Virus record (IMG/VR): IMGVR_UViG_3300005281_000068
Coordinates: 16,253-80,252 of that record
Source of the DNA: a virus
Length of the DNA stretch: 64,000 nucleotides
Strand: one strand, 5' to 3'
How positions within the stretch are numbered: position 1 is the stretch's first letter; the number at the start of each line of letters is the position of its first letter. Positions 10,076-20,164 of the stretch are shown here, in pieces. Position numbers and translations under genes: made by a program. The notes beneath the pieces are model-generated. The model was not told where the DNA came from, searched no databases, and worked only from the letters and a program-made list of their open reading frames with translations.

Positions 10076-10924
10076 ATGAATAATAAATAATATTTAATTA
10101 AAATAGCTAATGAAAATTTATCTATTTTTGATAAAGGCAAATATAATATTAATTCTAAAAATATTGATTTAAATTTAGATTTGAATGTTTCAATAGAAAA
10201 TACTAAGTTATATAAACTGGAAGATTATGATAAAATATCTATTAATGAAGGTAAATTATATAAAACTAAAATTACTACAACAAATGAAACAACTTTAGGA
10301 GCAACAAAAAGGCTACATGATTTAGGTTATACTAATATAGCTTGTTTGAATTTTGCTTCAGCAAAACATCCTGAAGGGGGATTTTTGAAAGGTTCTCCAG
10401 CTCAAGAAGAATGTCTTTGTAGAGAATCTGGGTTATATTCAACTATTTTTCAAGATAAAGTAAAGGAAATGTATGAAGTTAGGTTGAAAAGTAATGCTTT
10501 GTATATTAATTATGCTATCTTTTCTCCAGATGTGCCAGTATTTAGAGATTCAAATTTTAATTTTTTAGAAAATTATTTCAAAGTATCAGTTATTACTTCT
10601 GCTGCTCCAAATGCTGGAGTTTATTTAGAAAGTGAAAGGTATGATTTACCTAAAAATAAAAAAATAAAAGATATAGAAAAAATTATGTACGAAAGAATTA
10701 AATCGGTGTTATTAATTGCCATTGATAATATTATTACTAATTTAGTATTAGGTGCTTTTGGTTGTGAAGTTTTTAAGAATGATCCGTATAAAGCAGCATA
10801 TTCATTTAAAAAATTATTATATTCTAATGAGTTTAAGGATAAATTTGAAAATATTGTATTTGCTATTTATGATAAAAATTTACAATCAAATAATTATAAA
10901 GTTTTCAAAGGGATATTAGGATAA
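10076..10924 (+). pseudogene. TIGR02452/DUF2263-like poly(ADP-ribose) glycohydrolase macrodomain, probably decaying
   Basis: LNFASAKHPEGGFLKGSPAQEECLCRES and LVLGAFGCEVF motifs; RBS-supported ATG 10076 has an in-frame TAA at 10088; residual ORF from TTG 10181. Confidence 0.7.
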
Positions 10925-10948
10925 TAAAAAAAAATAGGTGGGATAACA

Positions 10949-11248
10949 ATGTCAAAATTAAGAAAAAGATTAGCAGCTTCAGGAGATTATTCGGTTTTAG
11001 ATAAAAAAACAATAGAAAGTTATATATACAATAATGTTCTAGATAAGCCGTTAGTTGATATTAAAAGAACATATTCGGTTGATGAAGAAGTATCTATGGA
11101 AGCAATTGATTTTTTTAACAATAAATTGCAAGAAAAAATTGGTTTTAATGTTGATACACTAAGTGATGTTTTCTATGAAGTTTTAAAAGAATGGGAAAAT
11201 CATTGTAGCGATTTATATGAAACTAAAATGAAAGAAGAAGGTATTTAA
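10949..11248 (+). CDS. hypothetical protein with basic N-terminal motif (MSKLRKRLAA)
   Basis: 99-aa ORF, AGGTGGG RBS, followed by terminator hairpin. Confidence 0.7.
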   Translation: MSKLRKRLAASGDYSVLDKKTIESYIYNNVLDKPLVDIKRTYSVDEEVSMEAIDFFNNKLQEKIGFNVDTLSDVFYEVLKEWENHCSDLYETKMKEEGI

Positions 11249-11367
11249 TTTTAATTTTTTAAGAACAAGGTTTTTTTAACCTTGTTCTTTTTATTTTAAA
11301 CATGTATTAAAAATATTTTGTAATATAATTATTATTTATTACACTTTTTGTTTACAAAATAACGTTT

Positions 11368-11871
11368 TTGTTATATAATTTTTATAAGGAAAATGAGGTG
11401 AGATATGTGTTTGATTTTAATGTGATTGGGAAAATCATTATTGATCCCAAATATAGTATAAATAAAAAGATTGCTTTTTCACCGTGGTGGTCTATTGTTA
11501 AAATTCCTGATAATATAATAGATTACTATAGATATTTATTTGAAAAACAATATGATGTTAAATTAACAAAGCCAAAATGGGGAGCACATGTCTCTTTTAT
11601 TAGAGGAGAAGAACCAAAAATTAACATTGATGATTGGAATGATTTTCATAATAAAAAAATTAAATTATCTTATAGTCATGATATTTTTTATAATCATGAT
11701 TATGTTTGGTTAAAAGTAAAATCTAATGATTTATTAAATATTAGAGAGCATTTTGGGTTGCAAAAAGAACATAAAATTGGGTTACATATTACAGTTGGTA
11801 AATTTGATAAACAATATTATACTAGTTTTAATTCTATTTTTGATTTAATTAAAATGAGAAAAGAAAATTAA
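11368..11871 (+). CDS. 2H phosphoesterase
   Basis: Two H-x-(S/T) motifs: AHVSF and LHITVG. Confidence 0.75.
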   Translation: MLYNFYKENEVRYVFDFNVIGKIIIDPKYSINKKIAFSPWWSIVKIPDNIIDYYRYLFEKQYDVKLTKPKWGAHVSFIRGEEPKINIDDWNDFHNKKIKLSYSHDIFYNHDYVWLKVKSNDLLNIREHFGLQKEHKIGLHITVGKFDKQYYTSFNSIFDLIKMRKEN

Positions 11872-11943
11872 AAATTAATTTTATTAAATTTATGAAAGTA
11901 GTGATTAAATTGGAAAGATTTTGAAGATTTTAAATCTTTCGCT

Positions 11944-12255
11944 ATGGAAACATATCTTATAGAGGAGAATACAAGCAGTCCTATTGATAATATTTATGAA
12001 GTTTATATTTCAAAAACAAAATTGAAGTTGTTGGATATTAAAGATGTAATGAATAATAGTGTTTTTGATGGTGTAGATGAAAATGTTGAAGGATGGCTTG
12101 TATATTATAACCCGTCTGTTTTATTTAATTGGTCGCATAATGTTTATTTTATTTTTTATATTAATAAAAAAGTTAGTATTCATGCAAAATGTAATTGGTG
12201 GCCAAAAAGTATTGGTGATTTGGTTATCATTACTAATGATAGAGGAGATATGTAA
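11944..12255 (+). CDS. hypothetical protein
   Basis: 103-aa ORF; start may lie upstream. Confidence 0.5.
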   Translation: METYLIEENTSSPIDNIYEVYISKTKLKLLDIKDVMNNSVFDGVDENVEGWLVYYNPSVLFNWSHNVYFIFYINKKVSIHAKCNWWPKSIGDLVIITNDRGDM

Positions 12256-12569
12256 ATTGAATGAAAATGTGTTTATTAGTCAGGATGAAGTAGATTTTTT
12301 ATTGAAAAAGTTGTTCATCTAAATGGTAATTTAGCCGCAAAAGTTCATATTTGTTATAAATTTTGTTTAGATGAAAATTTTTCTATTCCATTTAAATCTG
12401 TAAAAACAATAAAAAAAGATATTGAAATTGAAACTTATAATCTTGGTTTAAAGATATATGATTTTTTAGAACTTAATTATATATGGTCAAAAAATAAATT
12501 AAATTTAATATAAAATATTAAAAATTTATAATAAAAAATATTAAAATATAAATGAAGGAGGTGATAAAT

Positions 12570-13769
12570 ATGTTAGTAACAAGAGTTGAACAACATCAAA
12601 TTAATTCCTATCATTATTTATATCATTATTGTAATGATTTATGTTTCAAATCTAAAAATCTTTACAATTATGCTAATTACATTGTTAGACAAGAGTTTAT
12701 AAATAACAATGAATGGATTCATTATAATTCATTAGATAAGATGTTGAAACATGAACAAGTTTATAAAGAATTACCTGCTCAAACATCGCAACAAATATTA
12801 AGATTGCTAGATAAGAATTGGAAGTCATTTTTTGAAGCTATAAAGGATTGGAGTAAAAACAAAGAAAAATATTTAGGTAAACCAAAGTTGCCTAAATATA
12901 AAAAGAAAAATGGGCGTAATGCTGTGATTTTTACTAATCAACAATGTAAGATTAAAGATGGATACATTAAATTTCCTAAGACCAGTTTAAAGTTAAAGAC
13001 AAAAGTTATAAAGGGTTTGCAACAAGTGCGAATTGTACCAAAGGGTAGTATTTACGTAATTGAAGTTGTTTATAAAAAAGAAATTCCAAATATGATTCAT
13101 GAAGGTAATCATGTTGTAGGTATTGATTTAGGATTAAATAACTTTGTAACTATTGTAAATAACATCGGTGAAACGCCGATTGTTATTAATGGCAAGGGTA
13201 TCAAATCCATAAATCAATACTATAACAAACAAAAAGCGTATTTTCAAAGTATTTTAAAGAAACAAAATGGATTAGACTGGAGTAAAAGATTAGAAAAATT
13301 AACATTAAAACGGAACAATAAAATCAAAGACTTCATGCGTAAAGCAAGTAGATATGTTGTAGATTGGTGTGTTAAGCATAACATTGATACGATTGTTATT
13401 GGTAAAAATGATAATTGGAAACAAGAGATTAATTTAGGAAAGCACACAAATCAAGCGTTCGTTCAAATTCCTTATGATATGTTTATAAATCAATTAAAAT
13501 ACAAATGTGAAGAAGTTGGGATTAAGTTAATAGTAACTGAAGAGTCTTATACAAGCGGAACATCATTTTTAGACGGAGAAGCTCCAACCAAAGAAAATTA
13601 TAATAAAAACAGAAGAATTAAAAGAGGTTTATTTAAATCCAATAAAGGGATTTTAATAAATGCAGACGTGAATGGAGCGTACAACATTATGAGAAAAGTA
13701 TTCCCAAAGGCGTTCGTCAATGGGATAGAGGGCGTGGGGTTACACCCAGTCAAGCTAAATGTGGCTTGA
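12570..13769 (+). CDS. tnpB: TnpB RNA-guided endonuclease (variant without zinc finger)
   Basis: SKNLYNYANY, RuvC GIDLG, EESYTS, NADVNGAYNI; GGAGGTG RBS. Confidence 0.93.
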   Translation: MLVTRVEQHQINSYHYLYHYCNDLCFKSKNLYNYANYIVRQEFINNNEWIHYNSLDKMLKHEQVYKELPAQTSQQILRLLDKNWKSFFEAIKDWSKNKEKYLGKPKLPKYKKKNGRNAVIFTNQQCKIKDGYIKFPKTSLKLKTKVIKGLQQVRIVPKGSIYVIEVVYKKEIPNMIHEGNHVVGIDLGLNNFVTIVNNIGETPIVINGKGIKSINQYYNKQKAYFQSILKKQNGLDWSKRLEKLTLKRNNKIKDFMRKASRYVVDWCVKHNIDTIVIGKNDNWKQEINLGKHTNQAFVQIPYDMFINQLKYKCEEVGIKLIVTEESYTSGTSFLDGEAPTKENYNKNRRIKRGLFKSNKGILINADVNGAYNIMRKVFPKAFVNGIEGVGLHPVKLNVA

Positions 13770-13835
13770 CGAAGAATAATGTTTAATGAAGGATTTTAAT
13801 ATTTTTGAATAAATTAAACATTATTCATAACCTAA
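13734..13835 (+). repeat. TnpB 3' end/omegaRNA scaffold, copy 1
   Basis: 102 nt identical to 48545-48646; includes GAATAATGTTTAAT/ATTAAACATTATTC hairpin. Confidence 0.85.
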
Positions 13836-13863
13836 ATACTAAAATTATTTATATTTTAGCTAG

Positions 13864-14439
13864 GTGGTGATTAATTTGAAAAATAAAGATAAACAAATAG
13901 TTGAAAATTTTATAAGAAAAGTAATAGATGGAGATACAACAGTTCAAGATAGTATCAATAATATTATTAATAATATTCAAAATGAAGATATGTGTTTTAA
14001 TAATATTAAAAAATATATTGGTTTAGAATATAACATTATAGGATTTGGCGAGGGAAGAATATGTTTTGATTATTCTAAAAATAGAATATTAAAAATTGCT
14101 TATAATTCTATTGGTTTGAAAAAATGTAAAAATGAAATTGATATTTGGAGTTTAAATAATAAAGAAATAAATAAATTTTTATTTAAAATTTACCATTCTG
14201 GGGAAGGATGGATTGTTTCAGAAAAATTTAATGAGATGATTCATATTGAAGATATGACTAGTGAAATAGTTGAAATTGGATATAATTTATGTAAAGAAAT
14301 GCAATTAAGTAACATTAAACATAGTAATATTGTTAGATTTGATAATCCAGAGACAGTATATGCAGATAATGTAGCAAGGTCCTTTAAAGATAATAAAATA
14401 AAATTTTTTGATTTTGGTTATTGTTATATTAAAAAGTAG
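13864..14439 (+). CDS. protein-kinase-like fold protein
   Basis: IGFGEGRICF Gly loop, ILKIA, NEI..W, DNV, KFFDFG. Confidence 0.55.
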   Translation: MVINLKNKDKQIVENFIRKVIDGDTTVQDSINNIINNIQNEDMCFNNIKKYIGLEYNIIGFGEGRICFDYSKNRILKIAYNSIGLKKCKNEIDIWSLNNKEINKFLFKIYHSGEGWIVSEKFNEMIHIEDMTSEIVEIGYNLCKEMQLSNIKHSNIVRFDNPETVYADNVARSFKDNKIKFFDFGYCYIKK

Positions 14440-14446
14440 GTATGAT

Positions 14447-14785
14447 ATGAAACAATTTAATTTTATTGGAGAAAAGTTTTCTAATAGGTATGTTTATACT
14501 GAAGTTTTAGAATGCGAAGATTTTATTAGATTAGAAAAAATAAGAGTAAATAAAAAATATAGAAATTTAGGTTATGGCACTTTAACTATTAATAAAATAA
14601 TAGAATATGCTGATAAAAAAAATAAAATACTTGTTTTATGTGCAGAGCCTCAAGATAAAAAGTGGTCATTAAAAAGATTAATGAATTTTTATAAAAGGTT
14701 TGGTTTTATTGAAAACGAAGGTGCTAATTATATTGATATATTTTGGAATGACAACATGTATAGATTACCATCAAAAAGGAGATAA
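14447..14785 (+). CDS. GNAT acetyltransferase
   Basis: YRNLGYGT motif A and LMNFYKRFGF. Confidence 0.8.
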   Translation: MKQFNFIGEKFSNRYVYTEVLECEDFIRLEKIRVNKKYRNLGYGTLTINKIIEYADKKNKILVLCAEPQDKKWSLKRLMNFYKRFGFIENEGANYIDIFWNDNMYRLPSKRR

Positions 14786-14789
14786 TGAT

Positions 14790-15221
14790 ATGATTGAATT
14801 AACTCAAAAACATTTAATGAATCCAAAGGGAGTAGGAGTAATAGTTATTAAAAATAATAAAGTGTTATTAGGTAAAAGAACTGATAATGGAAAATGGGGT
14901 TTAGCTGGAGGAGGAATTGAAGATGGTGAAACACCTAAACAAGCAGCAATCAGAGAGTTATATGAGGAATTTGGTATTCAAAATGAAAATATTAAATATT
15001 TTGGAGTTTCGTATTCTCCTATAAATCCTGATAAAAAGTCTGACAGTTCTGATGGTTGTTCTATAGATTTTTTTGTGGAATATAATGATAGCGAAGATAT
15101 TAAAATTTCTTTATCAAAAAGAGAATTTTCTGAATATAAATGGGTTGATTTAAATGATGTTTTAAAAGAAGATTTGTATGTTTCTTCTAAACATTCATTA
15201 GAATTATTTTTAAGAGTTTAA
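14790..15221 (+). CDS. NUDIX hydrolase
   Basis: Nudix box GGIEDGETPKQAAIRELYEEFG; AGGAG RBS. Confidence 0.93.
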   Translation: MIELTQKHLMNPKGVGVIVIKNNKVLLGKRTDNGKWGLAGGGIEDGETPKQAAIRELYEEFGIQNENIKYFGVSYSPINPDKKSDSSDGCSIDFFVEYNDSEDIKISLSKREFSEYKWVDLNDVLKEDLYVSSKHSLELFLRV

Positions 15222-15233
15222 GTGGAAGTTTGA

Positions 15234-15546
15234 AATTTATCAAAAGGGAAATTAATTTCAGATAAACTTTTATCTGGAGAAAAAATTATAAGATATAAAG
15301 AATCTGACAATAGTATGCTTCCAATAATAAAATCTAGGTAACCAGTTTGATTTATCCCCTATTAAAGATATTGAACTAAAAATTGGTGATATAGTTTTTT
15401 ATAAAGTTAAAATGAATTTTTATACTCACAAAATATCAGCAATAAAAAACAATCAATACCAAATTTCTAATAACAGAGGCTATGTTAACGGGTGGATAAA
15501 AAAAGATAAAATATTTGAAATAGTAACTAAAATTTGGGATAATTAA
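15234..15546 (+). pseudogene. S24/S26 peptidase-like pseudogene
   Basis: SDNSMLPIIKSR then stop and frameshift, then GDIVFYKV...YTHKI...YQISNNRGYVNGW. Confidence 0.55.
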
Positions 15547-15672
15547 ATCCCTTTTTTTTTTTATTTACAAAAATTGTGAAATATGATATAATAATTATAT
15601 AAAGGAGGGTATAAGATGGAATTTCATAAATTGGATGAAAAGTTGTTTGGAAAAGAAGTTTTTTTCCAATAA

Positions 15673-16149
15673 ATGAAAATAAAATTTTTATATGGCCCTA
15701 ATGGAACTGGAAAAACAAAAGTTTTAGAGTTATTAAATAGATATTTTATTTCTAAAAATAAAAAAACTTTATTTTTTCCAGCATATAGAACCTTTAATTT
15801 AACAAAAGAAGAAGTTATATCTTCATTATTTATTTTGAAGTCTATGAATATAGAAATAGTTAAAAACATTAATATACATAATATGATTATACCTTCTTTT
15901 GGAAGTTATATAAATAATGGATTTGAACAAATAATTAATATATTTCCAAATATATTAAAACACGATAAAATTGATGTCTTATTAATTGATAGTCCCGAAG
16001 TTAATTTAAGTACGTATTTTCAATCAATATTTATTGATTGTATTGAAAAAATGAATATTGTTGAAAAAATAATAGTTGTTGCTCATTCAAATTCAATTAA
16101 TAAAAACTTAAATTACATGTTAGATATAAAATTTTGTGTAAATTTGTAA
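15673..16149 (+). CDS. small ABC-class P-loop ATPase-like protein (possibly degenerate)
   Basis: GPNGTGKT Walker A, LLIDSPE Walker B variant, VAHS H-loop. Confidence 0.6.
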   Translation: MKIKFLYGPNGTGKTKVLELLNRYFISKNKKTLFFPAYRTFNLTKEEVISSLFILKSMNIEIVKNINIHNMIIPSFGSYINNGFEQIINIFPNILKHDKIDVLLIDSPEVNLSTYFQSIFIDCIEKMNIVEKIIVVAHSNSINKNLNYMLDIKFCVNL

Positions 16150-16458
16150 TTGGAGGATAATAGTATGAAATTTTTGAAAAATAAATTAGGTATTAAAAGA
16201 TTCCCACCAATAATGTTTCCTTTTATAATTCCTATATATGTTCTTTTTGGTTTGTTTTATACAATTTTGTTTCTTATTATGTGGTTATTTGGTTTTTGGC
16301 GTTGTAGAAATTGTAAAAAAATAAAAAATATTAAAGATTCTAAATATTATAAACAAGAAATTTTTATTGACGGATATACACTAACAAATCCGATATGTCC
16401 AGATTGTAGAGCTATTGAATTACTACGAAATAATCATATTGAAAGAGTTGAAAGATAA
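16150..16458 (+). CDS. membrane protein with CxxC...CxxC zinc motif
   Basis: Hydrophobic stretch then CRNC and CPDC. Confidence 0.6.
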   Translation: MEDNSMKFLKNKLGIKRFPPIMFPFIIPIYVLFGLFYTILFLIMWLFGFWRCRNCKKIKNIKDSKYYKQEIFIDGYTLTNPICPDCRAIELLRNNHIERVER

Positions 16459-17171
16459 TGATAAGATATATACATGGTTCTCATGATTCTTTAGATATTG
16501 ATGTTTTTTATGTTTTCGATAAATTACCGTCATATAAAGAATGTTACGATTTTTGTTCTAATAAAGAAGAAAATAGAAACATAATTGTAATTAAAGATGG
16601 TTTTGTTGTTGACTGTTTTAAGGGAACAGTCGATGAAATTCAAAATTCGTTATTATCAACTTATCATTTACACAAACAGGATTTTGATTTAATAATTAAT
16701 TCTAAGGTTAAACGTAATATACCATTAAAAATAATAAGAGTTATAAGATGTATACTTTCTTATTTTTCTAGAACTGTTTTTAAAGAACAAGTTAAAAAAG
16801 CTCTTAAATCCACAAGTTTAAAAGAAAAAATAAATATTATTAAAATTTTGGATTTTGATATTGTAAATGAATTTGGTAAAAATGGTTCAAAAGAAGATAT
16901 ATATAAAACAATATCGTTTCAAATTGGACAAGTTTTAGGGTTATTAAATGGTAAAGAATTTTATACAAAACAAGATGTTTCAAATGAGTATAAAGAATTA
17001 GAAAAATATTTGTATAGAAATAAAAATTCTGATATAAAAGATTTGAAAAAATATATATCTTTATTTATAGAAGAGATTGAAAAAATAAATTATATTGAAT
17101 TTAATGATATTGTTTATTTTGTTGATTATGATAAAAAATTTAATTTAAAAAATGAGAAAGAGGTTGAGTGA
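16458..17171 (+). CDS. putative Pol-beta-family nucleotidyltransferase
   Basis: N-terminal HGS..SLDIDV motif. Confidence 0.55.
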   Translation: MIRYIHGSHDSLDIDVFYVFDKLPSYKECYDFCSNKEENRNIIVIKDGFVVDCFKGTVDEIQNSLLSTYHLHKQDFDLIINSKVKRNIPLKIIRVIRCILSYFSRTVFKEQVKKALKSTSLKEKINIIKILDFDIVNEFGKNGSKEDIYKTISFQIGQVLGLLNGKEFYTKQDVSNEYKELEKYLYRNKNSDIKDLKKYISLFIEEIEKINYIEFNDIVYFVDYDKKFNLKNEKEVE

Positions 17172-17172
17172 T

Positions 17173-17355
17173 ATGCCATTTTATAATTATAAATGTGAAT
17201 CTTGTGAAAATGAAATGAAAAATGTTTTAGCTAAAATGGGACAAGAAGAAACAACATGCTCTCAGTGCGGAGGAAAAGCAAAAAAACAATTTAGTGGTCT
17301 TTTCGCTGCTCATGGTTTACCTAATGGACATAATGCTGTTAGAACAAAAAAATAA
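17173..17355 (+). CDS. FmdB-family zinc ribbon protein
   Basis: MPFYNYKCESC...CSQCGG...KQFS. Confidence 0.8.
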   Translation: MPFYNYKCESCENEMKNVLAKMGQEETTCSQCGGKAKKQFSGLFAAHGLPNGHNAVRTKK

Positions 17356-17373
17356 AGATTAAGAAGGATAGAT

Positions 17374-17466
17374 ATGAAAAAAATATTATCTGTATTCAGT
17401 ATTTGTGTTTTGATTTTTTTAATAACTTTTTTATTATCATTGGCGATAATTTTAAAATTATGTTAA
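17374..17466 (+). CDS. small hydrophobic peptide (30 aa)
   Basis: GAAGGA RBS, MKKILSVFSICVLIFLITFLLSLAIILKLC. Confidence 0.4.
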   Translation: MKKILSVFSICVLIFLITFLLSLAIILKLC

Positions 17467-17574
17467 TTTTTTATATAAGTTTATTTATTATATATCTAGA
17501 TGAAAACATCTAAATCTAACAGACTTTAAATAAAATAGCGTTTAGTCTGTACGCTATAAAAAGGAGAGGAAAAT

Positions 17575-18378
17575 ATGATGTATAAAGAAAAATTTATTAC
17601 TGTTGTGAAATCTAATGGTAAAATTCTTAGAGAGAATAAAGATACTGTATATATTCCATTTGATACAGAATATTCTTTAATGTTTAAGAATTTAAATTCT
17701 GTTAGAGCTTTAATTAATGTTGAGATTGATGGTAAAGATGTTGTTGGTGGCGGAGGTTTAGTAATTGAACCTAATAACTCTATTGAACTTGAAAGATTTG
17801 TCGATTCTTTAAACTTAGAAAAAGGAAATAAATTTAAATTTATTAAAAAGACAAAAGAGATTCAAGAATATAGAGGGGATAGAATTGATGATGGATTTAT
17901 TAGAGTTACGATTCAATTTGAAAAACAAAAAAAATTAAATTCCTATTCTTCAGAAGATATAATTTTTGGGTATTATCCAAAAAAATATATTCTTGATTCA
18001 AAAAAACATGATTATTATGATAATGAACTTATATTAAGTACTTTTAATTCAGTTGGTTTTAATAATGATTCAAATTCAATTTTTTGTAATTTATCAAATA
18101 ATAATGAATTTGCATTTATTAATAATGGTGAACCTTCGGATGATGAAGGAATAACTGTTAAAGGTTCAATCTCTAATCAAAAATTTAATTTTGGTTATAT
18201 CGGAGAATTAGAGAAAGAAAAACACGTTATGATATTAAAGTTAAAAGGTTTTGATTCTAAAGGGAAAGAAATTGAAAAACCTATAACTGTAAAAACAAAA
18301 CTTAAATGTGAAACATGCGGTAAAACATCTGATTCATCAAATAAATTTTGTGGTAATTGCGGAACATCTTTAATTTAA
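17575..18378 (+). CDS. hypothetical protein with C-terminal zinc ribbon
   Basis: CETCG...FCGNCG at C-terminus; AGGAGAGG RBS; terminator follows. Confidence 0.75.
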   Translation: MMYKEKFITVVKSNGKILRENKDTVYIPFDTEYSLMFKNLNSVRALINVEIDGKDVVGGGGLVIEPNNSIELERFVDSLNLEKGNKFKFIKKTKEIQEYRGDRIDDGFIRVTIQFEKQKKLNSYSSEDIIFGYYPKKYILDSKKHDYYDNELILSTFNSVGFNNDSNSIFCNLSNNNEFAFINNGEPSDDEGITVKGSISNQKFNFGYIGELEKEKHVMILKLKGFDSKGKEIEKPITVKTKLKCETCGKTSDSSNKFCGNCGTSLI

Positions 18379-18505
18379 TAATTAAAAATCCATCTTTAAT
18401 TAGATGGATTTTTTTTGTTAAATTTTGTTAATAATGATGCTAATTATTAATATAATAAAAAATAATAAAAAAATGATCTTTATATGGTCCAAAGGAGATA
18501 AAATT

Positions 18506-19531
18506 ATGACAATTAAAAAAGTAAATGAAAACAACACAAAAGCCCAAATTTTAGCAGCTTATAAAGAAGCAGTAGAACAATTAAAACAATTTCAAGCTAA
18601 AGTTTCATCGCCGGAATTAGAAATTAAACAAAAAATAAATGAAAATATTAGTAATAAAGCTAATCAAATTTCAAATCAAGATGTTTTAGGTGCAATTTCA
18701 ATTTTGCAAAAAAATATTAGCAGTACGTTGTCTAATATTTCTAAAGATTTAATTGAAGAAATTGAAAAATTTGAAAATCTAAAGAAAGCTGTTGAACTTA
18801 AAGAAGTAGAGTTAAAAGAACTTTTTGATATTGAAAAACAAGCTTTTACTTTAACTGCGTTAATTAACGCTCAAAATGTAGAAAAAGAAAAATTTGAAGC
18901 AGAACAAAAGAAAACTTTAGAAGAAGTTAATGCAAGAATGATTGAAGTTGAAAATAATATTAAAAAATTAGAAGAAGAATATCAAGAAAGAAGAAAGGAA
19001 CTTCTTTTGAAGGATGAAAAAGAAAGAACTCGTAAACAAGAAGAGTTTGAGTATGAGTTTAATAGAATAAAGCAAAGAAAATTAGATTTGTTAAATGATG
19101 AAATTGCTTCTAAAAAGAAAGAAATGAATGAAATTGAAGAACAACTTTTAGCTAGAGAAAAACAAGTTTCTGAGGTTGAAAAAACAATTGAATCATTAAA
19201 AGCACAAATTGATAGTTTCCCTGAAAGAGAAGCACAAATTATTAAAGAAACAGAAGAGAGAGTTAGAAAAGAAGAAGCTAGAACAGCTGCTATTAAAGAA
19301 AATTATGCAACTAAAGATATTAATAATAAAATTTCTGTTTATGAAAATAAAATTCAACTTTTAGAACAAATTCTACAAGATGAAAAAGCTCGTAATTTAG
19401 AATTAACTAAAAAATTGGATGAAGCTTACGCTAAAATTCAAGATATGGCAGTTAAAAGTGTTGAGAGTACTAATAGTAGCAAAGCTTTTGATAAACTTCA
19501 ATCCGCTCTTTCTGAAAAAAATCAAAAATAA
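18506..19531 (+). CDS. long coiled-coil protein
   Basis: E/K-rich heptads throughout; AAGGAG RBS. Confidence 0.75.
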   Translation: MTIKKVNENNTKAQILAAYKEAVEQLKQFQAKVSSPELEIKQKINENISNKANQISNQDVLGAISILQKNISSTLSNISKDLIEEIEKFENLKKAVELKEVELKELFDIEKQAFTLTALINAQNVEKEKFEAEQKKTLEEVNARMIEVENNIKKLEEEYQERRKELLLKDEKERTRKQEEFEYEFNRIKQRKLDLLNDEIASKKKEMNEIEEQLLAREKQVSEVEKTIESLKAQIDSFPEREAQIIKETEERVRKEEARTAAIKENYATKDINNKISVYENKIQLLEQILQDEKARNLELTKKLDEAYAKIQDMAVKSVESTNSSKAFDKLQSALSEKNQK

Positions 19532-19577
19532 TTTTTATGCTATAAAATAAAAAAACAATTTAATTATATATATTAAA

Positions 19578-19724
19578 TGGGAGTCGCTACCCCACGATCG
19601 AAATGGTTACAGTTAAACAGGCGTCAGTGAACAATTGAATAGTTGATTGGACTATGTTTACTACGAAGGGATCATTTTGATAACATATATTACTCCAGGA
19701 CACCGCAATTGTTCTGGAGTTTTT
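19578..19724 (+). ncRNA. candidate structured small RNA
   Basis: GC-richer intergenic island with a long irregular hairpin (19597-19681) and own terminator (19692-19724). Confidence 0.5.
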
Positions 19725-19827
19725 ATTTTAAATGAAATATTTTTTTTAATTGGTTATATTTTCAATAATGAAAAAGTCTTTCCTGTTTATATATTTTCTT
19801 TCTTGATTTTTACGGAGGTGTAGAAAT

Positions 19828-20013
19828 ATGAAAATTTTAAAGATGTTCAGCTTTTTATTTAAGAAGAAAAAAATTAAAGGTAATATTAACTCTAATAATC
19901 AAAAAATTTATCATGTCCCAGGAGGCTTTTTCTATGATAAAGTAAAAGCTGAAAAAATGTTCTACACTGAAGAAGAAGCTATAGCTGCAGGATATAGAAA
20001 ATCAAAAAGGTAA
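19828..20013 (+). CDS. small Ada-metal-binding-like ('IKGN...KIYH') domain protein
   Basis: IKGNINS..KIYHVPGG.FY...FYTEEEAIAAGYRKS. Confidence 0.75.
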   Translation: MKILKMFSFLFKKKKIKGNINSNNQKIYHVPGGFFYDKVKAEKMFYTEEEAIAAGYRKSKR

Positions 20014-20164
20014 ATTTTTTAAATCTACTCAAAATTGAGTAGATTTTTTTTTGAAAAAATGTTATATAATAAAATTTTGTTGTTATAAAATTAAAAGGAT
20101 ATATTAATAAATTTTATTTTTAAGCATAATATACTTTTACTATTAAAAAAAAGTAGGTGTAATT

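Noticed and set aside
19578..19724. tRNA, tmRNA or SRP RNA identity for the structured island
   Set aside because: No cloverleaf, T-arm/CCA end or SRP GGAA-loop motif recognisable; no tRNA genes noticed elsewhere
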